This document shows positions 31,038 to 40,782 of a stretch of 64,000 nt of DNA, in pieces. The stretch is from Candidatus Omnitrophota bacterium. Lineage in GTDB: Bacteria > Omnitrophota > Gorgyraeia > Zapsychrales > JAHFFX01. Each line of letters begins with the position of its first letter. Within the stretch, counting starts at the first letter, position 1. The stretch spans positions 160 to 64,159 of the forward strand of contig JAHFFW010000002.1 in the NCBI GenBank assembly GCA_023247725.1, given 5' to 3'. The position numbers and the translations under genes are program-made. Below the pieces are notes generated by a model, which had not been told where the DNA came from, made no database searches, and saw only the letters and a program-made list of their open reading frames with translations.

Positions 31038-32018
31038 ATGGCCTCTCTCAAAGTGGCTGTGACCGGCGCCGCTGGCCAAATTGGTTATGCCTTATTGTTC
31101 CGAATTGCCGCCGGAGAAATGTTCGGCCAGGAAACCAGCGTCGAATTAAACCTCCTTGAATTAGAAACAGTCCTTCCCGCTCTGGAAGGTGTCGTCATGG
31201 AGTTGCAGGATTGCGCCTTTCCTTTATTAAAATCCACGACGGTTACTTCCGATCCAAAAGTTGCCTTCAAGGAAATTGATTGGGCCTTATTGGTGGGCAG
31301 CGTGCCCCGAAAAGCGGGTATGGAAAGAGGCGAACTTTTAAAAATTAATGGCGGTGTCTTTGTTACGCAGGGCAAGGCCTTAAATGAATCGGCAAAACCG
31401 ACTTGCAAGGTCTTGGTCGTTGGGAATCCATGCAACACCAATGCCACCATCGCAAAAAGTACTGCCAAGAATCTTTCCGAGCGCAATTTTTTTGCCATGA
31501 CCATGCTGGACCAAAATCGGGCGGTGGCTCAAATCGCTTTAAAGGCCGGAGTCGATATCGGTCAAGTCAAGCGAATGGCCATCTGGGGTAATCATTCTGC
31601 CACCCAATTCCCGGATTTTTATCATGCCACCATTCAGGGAAAACTTGTCCCCTCCGTGATTCAGGATGAACAGTGGCTTAAAACGACTTTTATTCAAACC
31701 GTCCAGCAAAGAGGCGCGGCCATCATTAAAGCCCGCGGCCTTTCCTCCGCTGCCTCTGCGGCAAATGCCATTATCGATAGCGTGAAGAATCTGACCACTC
31801 CGACAAAGGCGGAGGAATTTTTTTCCGTGGCCGTCTCTTCCGATGGAAGTTATGGAATTCCTTCCGGCCTGATGTTCAGTTTTCCTGTACGGAATAATGG
31901 ACGGGACTGGGAAATTGTGCAGGGGATCAGTCATAATGATTTTGCCAAAGAAAAATTGGCTGCGACTTTGAAAGAGTTGCAGGAAGAAAAGACGATCGTT
32001 CAATCATTGTTAGTTTAG
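31038..32018 (+). CDS. mdh: malate dehydrogenase (LDH-like MDH type 2)
   Basis: 326 aa; NAD-binding [33 protein letters not shown] signature, catalytic His region. Confidence 0.85.
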   Translation: MASLKVAVTGAAGQIGYALLFRIAAGEMFGQETSVELNLLELETVLPALEGVVMELQDCAFPLLKSTTVTSDPKVAFKEIDWALLVGSVPRKAGMERGELLKINGGVFVTQGKALNESAKPTCKVLVVGNPCNTNATIAKSTAKNLSERNFFAMTMLDQNRAVAQIALKAGVDIGQVKRMAIWGNHSATQFPDFYHATIQGKLVPSVIQDEQWLKTTFIQTVQQRGAAIIKARGLSSAASAANAIIDSVKNLTTPTKAEEFFSVAVSSDGSYGIPSGLMFSFPVRNNGRDWEIVQGISHNDFAKEKLAATLKELQEEKTIVQSLLV

Positions 32019-32036
32019 GTTAACCGGTGATTTTTA

Positions 32037-32507
32037 ATGGATTCAACGAACCCAAGACAATCCCCCCCAAATCCATTAGAAAATCTTAAACAGATCCTTT
32101 CGCAAGCCGATCGTCTGGCCGCTAGCTATTTTAGACAAGATAAATCCTCCAGTGCACCACCATCACTCAAGCCTGATTTCCTCGTCGAAGAAATTAAAAA
32201 TGAGGTTTCGAAAGAGGAAAAGATGCTCGATCGTGAAAAAACTTTTCCCTCCACGGCATTCGCTGAAAGGTCAAAATCTTCGGAGGATAAAAATTTAGGT
32301 TCTGCAAAATTTTTCTTAGAGTTTGCGGACCGGGTTGCAAAAAAAACTATCGAAGATTTAGTCCATCGAATCCAATCGATTCCAGAGCAAAACTTAAATC
32401 CAGCAACCCTAGAAGCATTGTTGACTTCCTTGATGAGCGAAACTTCCCATATTCGAAAATTGGATGAATTGATTCAATCCAATCGCCCTTCCAAGCCTTC
32501 CCCTTGA
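32037..32507 (+). CDS. hypothetical protein
   Basis: 156-aa ORF, hydrophilic, no motif recognised. Confidence 0.35.
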   Translation: MDSTNPRQSPPNPLENLKQILSQADRLAASYFRQDKSSSAPPSLKPDFLVEEIKNEVSKEEKMLDREKTFPSTAFAERSKSSEDKNLGSAKFFLEFADRVAKKTIEDLVHRIQSIPEQNLNPATLEALLTSLMSETSHIRKLDELIQSNRPSKPSP

Positions 32508-32588
32508 GAAAACCTTATTGCAGTCATCGGGATTATAAGGTAAACTTAAATAGCCTTCAGTAAATCATTCTTTTCTAGCCTAATAATA

Positions 32589-33593
32589 ATGATGCGATTA
32601 TCGCAAAAAGCCCAAACCATTCTCGAATACACCCTCCTCATCACTCTGGTTATCCTTGGGATTGTTGTCATGTCCCGCTATGTGATTTATTCCGTCAATG
32701 CCCATTTGAAGTCTTGGGACGATGCCGCCGAGGATGCAACGACTGATCCCATGATGAACTTTGATGATATAACCAGCCTGCCAGGTGTTGCCTGCACTTG
32801 CGGCAATTTTCTTCCGCAGGCCTGCGGTGTATCCACGTGTGCGCCGACCGAGATGTATTCTAAGAAATTTTGTACCCCCGCTGATTGCGGCTGTGTCAAT
32901 CCCGGTGATTGCGATCAATGTACAGCCGATCCTTCCTGCTGTACGAGAACGCCGAACGGAGGTTGTGGAGCTGGCGGTTGTGCCCCCACGGCTATTCTCA
33001 TGACCGTGACCTGCGGGACTAATCCGCCGTCTAATCAGTGTGAGGATTCGGAGACGTGTGGTCCTTTTAGCTGTCAGGGCCCGGTCCCTGCCAACGCAAC
33101 GCTTTGCCCAGGAGATAACACGGGTTTAACCAGCAATGACTTCAATAAAATTGTATCGGCATGCTCGGCGGCAAAATGCGAATACACCTGCGATGCCGGG
33201 TTCATCCTTGTTAATGGTGCGTGCGAGGAGGATACCGGCCCTTGCCCAGGGGGGCAAGTTCAATGTTGGTCTTGCAGCGCAGAGATTATTTTTAGCGAAG
33301 CGCCCAGCGGTTGTAGCGGTTTTAACGGTTGTGTGGGTAGAAACATCGTGGCGGTCATCGATCATATTTGCGCTGCCTGTCCAGCTCCTCCGACTTGTTC
33401 TTCTTGTGAAGGATTTTCGTTGGGTGGGGGATATATTGATGAAAATTTTGCTTGTTCGGCGGCCAGGACCGACGCTGAAACTCGCCCTTGTTCCGGGAGA
33501 AGTCAGCCGGTTCGGTGCGGATATGCCCAATATTCTGGAAATCCGGCTGATTGCATCTGCTCCTATACCTGTGAGAACTCCTGCGCTCGTTAA
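32589..33593 (+). CDS. Flp/TadE-like prepilin fused to a cysteine-rich extracellular domain
   Basis: 334 aa; N-terminal class-III-like prepilin signal (KAQTILEYTLLITLVILGIVVM) followed by about 250 aa containing about 50 Cys (CTCGNF..CGVSTC..CGCVNPGDCDQC..). Confidence 0.6.
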   Translation: MMRLSQKAQTILEYTLLITLVILGIVVMSRYVIYSVNAHLKSWDDAAEDATTDPMMNFDDITSLPGVACTCGNFLPQACGVSTCAPTEMYSKKFCTPADCGCVNPGDCDQCTADPSCCTRTPNGGCGAGGCAPTAILMTVTCGTNPPSNQCEDSETCGPFSCQGPVPANATLCPGDNTGLTSNDFNKIVSACSAAKCEYTCDAGFILVNGACEEDTGPCPGGQVQCWSCSAEIIFSEAPSGCSGFNGCVGRNIVAVIDHICAACPAPPTCSSCEGFSLGGGYIDENFACSAARTDAETRPCSGRSQPVRCGYAQYSGNPADCICSYTCENSCAR

Positions 33594-33685
33594 AGAGGGT
33601 CTATCATTCGGAAGTTGACATTAACCCGACGAAAAAATTTGAAAAAACTTGTTTTTTCACAGAGCACCCAGTATACTTATTCATC

Positions 33686-34696
33686 ATGTTAAGAAGGGAG
33701 AGAGTTTTGAATAAAGCCAAACAATGTTTAGGATTGTTGGTTCCTTTGGTATTTACGCTTGCCACCTTGTCTGGATGTGATCAGATTTCGTCATTCTTCA
33801 ATAAGTCCGGTTCCAAATCTAACCTCAATAAAGAAAAAATTTCTTCAACTCCCGTCGAGTCTACACCGGTCCCTTCCCTGGCACCTCCTTCCATAGATTC
33901 TAATGTGCCTTTACCTGCTGATGTGCTGGCCAGGGTGGGCAATTGGACCCTCACGGCTAAAGATTTTGAAGAGCGCCTTAAGGGGCTTAAAGAAGTCTTC
34001 CCTGACTTCGATGTGAATGTTCCGGAAAATAAGCGGTTGATTTTAGAAGAATTGGTTCGCCAACAATTGCTAGTCAGGGAAGCGGAAGAGACTGGAGCTG
34101 CCAAAAAGAAGGAGATTGTGGATGCCGTGGAAGAATTTCGCCGGTCCCTCCTGGTTCGGGACGCGGCCACGAAATTGACCGAAGGCATCAAGGTGACGGA
34201 TTTGGAGGCGCAGGAATTTTATAACCAAAATAAAGACAACCCGGCATTAACCGAACCGGCGGAATATCATTTGCGCGAAATTGTGATGTCCACTCAGTCG
34301 GGCGCTAAAGAAGTTCTCGTCGATCTTTTAAAAGGAGCGGATTTTGCGGAGATGGCCAAGGCTCGCTCCAAAGGAAAAACGGCAGCCAATGGCGGGGACT
34401 TGGGGACGGTGAAGACTTTCGAATTTCCGCAAATGGAGGCGGCGGTGGCCTCGTTGGAAGCGGGAGATATTAGCAATGTATTCAAAGGGCCCAGCGGAGA
34501 TTACTACATCGTTAAGGTGGAAGAAAAAAAGGGTGGCAAACAAAAGGATTTTGCTGCCGTCAAAGAGGACATCATTACCTTTTTAACTCAATCCAAGCAG
34601 CAATCTGTGATTGAAAGCCACCTGAAAGAATTGCAACAAAAATATGGGGCAAAGATCAATGAAAATTTCTTGTCCGATAAAGGAGTAAAACCATGA
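33686..34696 (+). CDS. parvulin-type peptidyl-prolyl isomerase lipoprotein (SurA/PrsA-like)
   Basis: 336 aa; lipobox LATLSGC; PpiC domain (GGDLGTVKTFEFPQMEAAVASLEAGDISNVFKGPSGDYYIV). Confidence 0.75.
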   Translation: MLRRERVLNKAKQCLGLLVPLVFTLATLSGCDQISSFFNKSGSKSNLNKEKISSTPVESTPVPSLAPPSIDSNVPLPADVLARVGNWTLTAKDFEERLKGLKEVFPDFDVNVPENKRLILEELVRQQLLVREAEETGAAKKKEIVDAVEEFRRSLLVRDAATKLTEGIKVTDLEAQEFYNQNKDNPALTEPAEYHLREIVMSTQSGAKEVLVDLLKGADFAEMAKARSKGKTAANGGDLGTVKTFEFPQMEAAVASLEAGDISNVFKGPSGDYYIVKVEEKKGGKQKDFAAVKEDIITFLTQSKQQSVIESHLKELQQKYGAKINENFLSDKGVKP

Positions 34697-35514
34697 ATAC
34701 CGATGATAAGAAAAAACTAGGTGTGATTATCCTTGCCGTGAGTGCCGGTATTGTGGCGTCGATTTTGGCCGGTAATTACATCAAGCAAAGTGTTCAGGAA
34801 CAAACGGCCTCGCTCGCCAAGGAATACGAAAAAAAGCGCAAGCAAGAAATGGATGCCCTGAGGCAGGATTACGAGCGTTTTAAAATGGAGACCGCTCAAG
34901 CCATTGCCCAGCAGCAGCAATTGGCGGCGACCTTCAGAGAGCAAGCGGGAAGCGCAAAAAATCAGCAAGTGATTACGCCCGCCCAACAGGCCTCGCTGGC
35001 GATTAAGACTCCGCCGGGAAAAAGAGCCATTACGATCCAATTGGATTCTTTATCGGCAGTTGGAGGAATGATTGGCGCTGGCGATTTTGTGGATGTCTTG
35101 GCTCATTTGAATGTGCCCAATCCTGCGGAGCCCGCAGCTAAAGAAACCGTGACCGTGATGGTTTTCCAAAATATTGAAGTTTTGGCCGTTGGAACAAGCC
35201 TGCAGTCGGTTCCCGGCCAGTATCCCTTGCAGCAACAGTCGACTAATCTGAATGTCACCTTCGCGGTTGAACCAGAGGAAACTGGTTTACTGACCTTCGC
35301 CCAAAGAAATGGAAAACTGCAGTTAGTTCTGCGCTCGCCCCAAGAATTGGAAACGCGCATGCTGCAGGCCGCGAATTGGCAAACGCTCTCCGATTATGTT
35401 TTAGAAAAACAGGGAACCGATATCAGCGCTCCTAAATCCAAGGCTTTGATCGAACCCGCTGCCGAGGAGGTCAAACCCTTTATTCAAATCTTCCGGGGAG
35501 GAAAGTCATTATAA
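34693..35514 (+). CDS. cpaB: Flp pilus assembly protein CpaB/RcpC
   Basis: 273 aa; N-terminal TM, then SAF/RcpC-like beta domain (GDFVDVLAHL...VFQNIEVLAVG); start overlaps the PPIase stop. Confidence 0.75.
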   Translation: MNTDDKKKLGVIILAVSAGIVASILAGNYIKQSVQEQTASLAKEYEKKRKQEMDALRQDYERFKMETAQAIAQQQQLAATFREQAGSAKNQQVITPAQQASLAIKTPPGKRAITIQLDSLSAVGGMIGAGDFVDVLAHLNVPNPAEPAAKETVTVMVFQNIEVLAVGTSLQSVPGQYPLQQQSTNLNVTFAVEPEETGLLTFAQRNGKLQLVLRSPQELETRMLQAANWQTLSDYVLEKQGTDISAPKSKALIEPAAEEVKPFIQIFRGGKSL

Positions 35515-35526
35515 TCGTTAGGAGTC

Positions 35527-37839
35527 ATGGTCATGGAAATTATGCTTAGACAGTCGAGAAGAATCGTTTTTTGCATCAGCCTCTTAGCATTATCTGCATG
35601 GTTGGTTTCTTCATCCGCATTGTTTGCTCAAGATCCCATCGATCCAGGACCGACGCCGGAAAAATCGGTGGAGCAAACCGGCGGCATGGTCGCTAGAGAT
35701 GTCAAGAACAACGAAGATATTTACATCATACGGGGCGATTTGGAAGCCATTAAGGTTTATGCCTTGACGAGGATCTCGGTTACGAATCCGGAAATTGCCG
35801 ACATAGCCAACGTCGATAGCAATCAGGTTTTAATGTTGGCTAAAAAGTCGGGACGAACGACCCTGATTATTTGGGATGAGTATGGAAAGCGTTCGATTCT
35901 TATTCATGTGTTTGAAGAAGATTTGGACTTGGTTTATCGTCGTTTAAGTCAGATGTTAGAAACCCTGCGCATTGAAGGGGTGAGTTTGGAAATTAATAAA
36001 ACCGAAGGCAAGGTCGTAGCGACGGGTCGGATTCCTCCCGAAAAAAAGGCGGAATTTGAAAAGGCTCTGGATCCTTATTCGGCCAGTGTTCTCAATTTGG
36101 TTAAAACCTCGCCGGTGGATGATTTGATTCAAATTGATATCCAAATTGCGGAGTTAAATCAAACCCTCAGCAAATCGATCGGGATTGAATGGAATAGTGC
36201 CGTGACCTACGCGGAAAGAAACTTCGTAGCCAATGCGGCGCGAGATATTTTTAAAGTAGGGCCTTTAAGTCGTACAACTCAGATTATCGCCACGGTCAAT
36301 GCCTTAATTACGGAAGGCAAAGGTCGTATTCTTTCTAAGCCTAAACTCGTCGTGATTAATGGCAAGGAGGCGAGTTTCCAGGTCGGAGGGGAGATTCCGA
36401 TTTCCACAACCACGACGACATCCGGCGGCAACGTCCAGCAAAATATCGAATTTAAGGAATATGGCATCACCCTGACCGTTAAACCCACGATCCGCGACGG
36501 GAAAGTCGATGTGATTTTGACGGTGGAGGTCAGCGACATTGATGAGGCTAATGCGGTAGGACAAAATGTGGCGTTTACAACCCGCAATGCTCAAACCCAA
36601 ATCCTTTTGGATAATGGTCAGACGGTGGTTATTGCGGGTTTGATTAAGCAACAGGGAGGCGAGGAGATCAGAAAGGTTCCTTTCCTCGGCGACATTCCCA
36701 TTGTTGGGATGGTATTCCGTAAGCGTAGAACGCCCACCCTTAATCAGGACACGGAATTGGTTATTTCTTTAACGCCAACGATTATTCCCCAAAGAGAGTC
36801 CACCCGGAGTGTTGCCAAAAAGGTTGTTGAAACGCCAACAGAGGCGGGGCCAGGAAAACCAGAATTAATGGAAATCTCTCAAGGTTCTACCGAAACACCG
36901 GCCGAATCCACGGGAACGTCCGGTACCGTGAAAGAGAATACAGATGCGCCGTCGGCGAGCGTGGGAGAGACTCCCCCAAAAATGGAACCTTCTGTCCAGG
37001 CTCCGGCGCCTTCTGCACAAGTGACTCAACCCTCGACGGCAATGACCGAGCCTGCGCCGGAAAAGACCGCCCCGGTTGCTAATGAAAATGCTCCCGCGCT
37101 TGGGAAGATACAGGAGCCATCACCCGAAGGAGAGAAGGCTTCTGAGGTTGCCGCCGTCTCGGAAGAAGCCACCAAGGTTCCGGCCGAGATGGCTCCTTAC
37201 ATTCAGTCCATCCAGAAAAAAATTTCTGAATCCGTCGCTTATCCTTATGAAGCCAAAGAAAAAGGTTGGGAGGGGACGGTGAAATTGGCCTTGCATATTT
37301 TAAGAGATGGAACTTTAGCCGATGTCACGGTCAAGGAGTCATCTGGATATGAGATTTTTGATAATGATGCTTTGAATACAGCTCAAATTTTAGCTCCTTA
37401 TGCCGCTTTTCCGACGGGAATGAAGTTGGAAGAATTGATTGTCACGATTCCAATTGTTTACAGTCAGAAGGCGGCATTGCAAGAAGGAGTTTGCGAACCC
37501 AGCGTTCAAGTAGACGACAATGCCGCTGCAAGGGTTTTTCTTCCCGGTGGAATGGCTTATTCCGAGATGATCCAGAAGCGGCTTGCTGAGTCCATTGTTT
37601 ATCCAGAAGAGGCAAGGGAAAACGGCTGGGAAGGGACGGTCAAATTGACCCTGCAAATCCTTCGCGACGGAACCCTAGCCTATGCCTCCGTGAAAGAATC
37701 TTCCGGTTACCAGCTATTTGATGAATGCGCATTAAAGACAGCCAAAAGCCTGGCACCTTACTCTGAATTTCCTACCGAATCTGAACTTCAGGAAGTCAAT
37801 CTCACGGTTCCGATTGTCTACAGCCTCAAACATAATTAG
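35527..37839 (+). CDS. cpaC: Tad secretin RcpA/CpaC with C-terminal tandem TonB_C domains
   Basis: 770 aa; signal peptide; CpaC N-domain; secretin domain (…GKEASFQVGGEIPIS…VPFLGDIPIVGMVFRKRR…); Pro/Ala/Thr/Glu-rich linker; two TonB C-terminal-like domains (…YPYEAKEKGWEGTVKLALHILRDGTLADVTVKESSGYEIFDNDAL… and …YPEEARENGWEGTVKLTLQILRDGTLAYASVKESSGYQLFDECAL…). Confidence 0.8.
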   Translation: MVMEIMLRQSRRIVFCISLLALSAWLVSSSALFAQDPIDPGPTPEKSVEQTGGMVARDVKNNEDIYIIRGDLEAIKVYALTRISVTNPEIADIANVDSNQVLMLAKKSGRTTLIIWDEYGKRSILIHVFEEDLDLVYRRLSQMLETLRIEGVSLEINKTEGKVVATGRIPPEKKAEFEKALDPYSASVLNLVKTSPVDDLIQIDIQIAELNQTLSKSIGIEWNSAVTYAERNFVANAARDIFKVGPLSRTTQIIATVNALITEGKGRILSKPKLVVINGKEASFQVGGEIPISTTTTTSGGNVQQNIEFKEYGITLTVKPTIRDGKVDVILTVEVSDIDEANAVGQNVAFTTRNAQTQILLDNGQTVVIAGLIKQQGGEEIRKVPFLGDIPIVGMVFRKRRTPTLNQDTELVISLTPTIIPQRESTRSVAKKVVETPTEAGPGKPELMEISQGSTETPAESTGTSGTVKENTDAPSASVGETPPKMEPSVQAPAPSAQVTQPSTAMTEPAPEKTAPVANENAPALGKIQEPSPEGEKASEVAAVSEEATKVPAEMAPYIQSIQKKISESVAYPYEAKEKGWEGTVKLALHILRDGTLADVTVKESSGYEIFDNDALNTAQILAPYAAFPTGMKLEELIVTIPIVYSQKAALQEGVCEPSVQVDDNAAARVFLPGGMAYSEMIQKRLAESIVYPEEARENGWEGTVKLTLQILRDGTLAYASVKESSGYQLFDECALKTAKSLAPYSEFPTESELQEVNLTVPIVYSLKHN

Positions 37840-37863
37840 ACCTTAGGGAAAGTCAGTATTGTC

Positions 37864-40029
37864 ATGGATTCTCGGACAATCACGATTTTTAGCAATAAGG
37901 GTGGTGTCGGTAAGACCTTTGTTACGGTTAATTTGGCTACGACCTTGGCGCTTAATGGAAAGCGCGTTTTCCTTTTGGACATGGATTTTCAGGCGGTCCA
38001 AGATATGGCGCGCATGCTTAATTTGGCCCCGCGTTATGCCGTCGTGGATATGCTGCGCGACGTCGAGGAATCGTCCGACCCGAACATCATCAAAAAATAT
38101 GTGATCTCTCATTCCAGTGGCTTGGATTTTTTGCCCGCCGTTATTCACACCAAGCAGATCGGCCACATCACTCCAGATAACATCAAACCGTTTTTAAAAA
38201 AAGCCGCTCAGGCCTACGATTATATCGTCATTGATGCAGGCAAGGCCTTTAGTGAGACCCTCATAACGGTCCTGGACTATTCCAACTTAATTTTTTTAGT
38301 CGCAACCCCCGATATCCTGGCGGTCTACCAGATCCGTTGGGCCATGGAGGTCTTACAAAGCCTGCACTTCCCTTTGAAGATGGTGAAACTTATTCTCAAT
38401 AGAGCCGAAAGTCGAGGTGGTGTGGCATGGCAGGAAGTGCGTTCAGCCTTGACTTGTGAAATCTTTTCTCGAATTCCGTCGGATGGAAGGGCCGTTGGGA
38501 TGGCGCTGAACCGCGGAATCCCTCTGGTGATCGACAGTCCCAAAAGTCTAGTGGCCGATTCCTTTAATGCTATGATCCGGGATTTGTCCAGGGACGGGAT
38601 GTTTGTTCAGGCAACGGAAGTTGCGAAGTTAAGGACGACGGAGGATTTGGTCAAACCCGGCGAGTTTTGGGAAAAATTTGGTGTTTCTTCCGGTGCAGCT
38701 AAGGCGGGAGTCTATGCCGGCTATTCGGCGGAAGAAGATGAAATTATAAAATTGAAGAAAAAGATACATGAAAAGCTCGTCGATCGGCTTGATATCAAGG
38801 ATCTTTCCGCCGAGGCATTGAGTAATCCCCAGCAATTTGCCAAGATTAAACAAAATGCGGAAAAAATTGTCAGCAACCTTCTCACCGAAGAGGCTGGGGC
38901 CATGATTTCCTCTCATGAAGAACGTGCCCGGATGGTCAAAGAGGTGGTTAATGAAGCCTTGGGGTTGGGCGCGATCGAAGAATTCCTCGCTGATCCGGAA
39001 GTCACCGATATCATGGTCAATAATAAGGAAGAGATTTACATCGAGAAAAATGGCAAATTGATTTTAACGAATAAACGGTTTGTTTCTGAAACTCAAGTGA
39101 GAACTGTTATTGATCGGATTGTCGCGCCTTTAGGTCGACGGATTGATGAATCAGTTCCCATGGTGGATGCGCGTCTGCCCGATGGATCTCGGATCAATGC
39201 GGTGATCCGGCCTATTTCCCTCAACGGCCCGATGATCACCATCCGTAAATTCAGCACTGAGCGTTTGACCGTTGAAGATCTCCTTCTCAAATATAAAAGT
39301 TTGTCGGAACCGATGGGAGAGTTTTTAAATGCTTGTGTATTAGGGCGCAAGAACATCATTGTTTCGGGAGGAACTGGCGCGGGGAAAACCACGCTTTTAA
39401 ATGTTATTTCGTTGTTTATTCCTGATGGAGAAAGAATTATTACAATCGAAGATGCTGCGGAGCTTAGGCTTAAGGCCCATAGTCATTGGGGCCGCATGGA
39501 ATCCCGGGTGCCCAATGTAGAGGGGAAAGGCGCGATTACCATTCGCGATTTATTTATTAATTGCTTGAGAATGCGCCCGGATCGCATCATCATCGGTGAA
39601 TGCCGCGGGGCTGAGGTCATGGACATGCTTCAAGCCATGAACACGGGTCACGACGGCTCCTTAACGACCGTACACGCGAACTCAACTAGAGATGTATTGG
39701 TGCGCTTGTGTTCTATGATGCTTTTATCCGGCATTGATCTCCCTTTACGGGCTATGCACGAGATGATTGCCTCGGCTATTCACCTCATTGTCCATGTGGC
39801 AAGATTCTCCGATGGGACTCGTAAAATTACTGGTATTACCGAAGTGGCTGGCTTGGCAGAAGGGTATCAGCTCAATCTTAAGGATGTTTTTACTTTTGAC
39901 CGCCAAGGGATTGACAACGAAGGGCGCGTGATCGGTCAATATAGGGCCACGGGTTATATCCCCACTGGTTATCAGGATCTCGTAGCGCGCGGAATTCCCC
40001 TCGACAAAGCCATTTTTACTCCCAGATAA
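37864..40029 (+). CDS. fused TadZ/CpaE-like (MinD/ParA ATPase) - TadA/CpaF (secretion ATPase) protein
   Basis: 721 aa; N-terminal deviant Walker A SNKGGVGKTF plus MinD-like fold; C-terminal CpaF N-domain and core (GGTGAGKTTLLN, ...IIIGECRGAEVMDMLQAMNTGHDGSLTTVHANS). Confidence 0.8.
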   Translation: MDSRTITIFSNKGGVGKTFVTVNLATTLALNGKRVFLLDMDFQAVQDMARMLNLAPRYAVVDMLRDVEESSDPNIIKKYVISHSSGLDFLPAVIHTKQIGHITPDNIKPFLKKAAQAYDYIVIDAGKAFSETLITVLDYSNLIFLVATPDILAVYQIRWAMEVLQSLHFPLKMVKLILNRAESRGGVAWQEVRSALTCEIFSRIPSDGRAVGMALNRGIPLVIDSPKSLVADSFNAMIRDLSRDGMFVQATEVAKLRTTEDLVKPGEFWEKFGVSSGAAKAGVYAGYSAEEDEIIKLKKKIHEKLVDRLDIKDLSAEALSNPQQFAKIKQNAEKIVSNLLTEEAGAMISSHEERARMVKEVVNEALGLGAIEEFLADPEVTDIMVNNKEEIYIEKNGKLILTNKRFVSETQVRTVIDRIVAPLGRRIDESVPMVDARLPDGSRINAVIRPISLNGPMITIRKFSTERLTVEDLLLKYKSLSEPMGEFLNACVLGRKNIIVSGGTGAGKTTLLNVISLFIPDGERIITIEDAAELRLKAHSHWGRMESRVPNVEGKGAITIRDLFINCLRMRPDRIIIGECRGAEVMDMLQAMNTGHDGSLTTVHANSTRDVLVRLCSMMLLSGIDLPLRAMHEMIASAIHLIVHVARFSDGTRKITGITEVAGLAEGYQLNLKDVFTFDRQGIDNEGRVIGQYRATGYIPTGYQDLVARGIPLDKAIFTPR

Positions 40030-40032
40030 GTC

Positions 40033-40386
40033 TTGGCTATCCTCAATCTTACCCGCAACACCATCCTCAGTACAAAAGTAACGATTGCTCAGACAACCTC
40101 TCAACGGATGCAAGGGCTGCTTGGTCGTAAATCCATGGGGCTTGATGAGGCCTTAGTCATTTTCCACTGCCAAGCCATCCACATGTTTTTTATGAATTTT
40201 TCAATCGACGTGATTTTTGTGGGTAAGGAAAATCGGGTGGTTGGATTGGTGGAAAATATTCAGCCGTTTCATCTAAGCCCTATTTTTTGGCGTGCCGATA
40301 AAGCCATCGAAGTAGCCCCGGGCACAATCAAGTCGTCTTTAACCTCTCTTTTTGATCTTCTCGTCATCGAAGGTCAAGCCAACTAA
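40033..40386 (+). CDS. DUF192 family protein
   Basis: 117 aa; starts 4 nt after the ATPase gene. Confidence 0.55.
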   Translation: MAILNLTRNTILSTKVTIAQTTSQRMQGLLGRKSMGLDEALVIFHCQAIHMFFMNFSIDVIFVGKENRVVGLVENIQPFHLSPIFWRADKAIEVAPGTIKSSLTSLFDLLVIEGQAN

Positions 40387-40406
40387 TCTCTTCATAGGCA
40401 AATAGC

Positions 40407-40619
40407 TTATTCGTTTGATTCCGCTTCATCGACCCAACGGTGACAGTATCGGCAAATAATAGATTCCACAAGAATATCCATCCCGCAGAAGATGCATTTT
40501 TTTTTGTCGGTTGGTTGGTAATCAATATCCAAAAGATCCTCAATTAAAAATTGGTTGCAAAAAGGACAGATGGACGGCCTAGAATCGAGGGATTCGAAAC
40601 AGTAGGGGCATCGTTTCAT
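40407..40619 (-). CDS. double zinc-ribbon protein
   Basis: 70 aa with CPYC...CPFC...CIFC...CRYC. Confidence 0.5.
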   Translation of the reverse strand: MKRCPYCFESLDSRPSICPFCNQFLIEDLLDIDYQPTDKKKCIFCGMDILVESIICRYCHRWVDEAESNE

Positions 40620-40782
40620 GGAGCCTCCAGATTGAGTGCTTACCTCTCATTAAACACTCAAGACATTCGCATTGCAAGAATAATTGCATAGATTTTTATA
40701 GCGGATATGAACTTGACGCCATTAATATTGGTGTGATACTATAAAAATGTCCAATTAAAATCACATTTGTCCAATTTGACCC

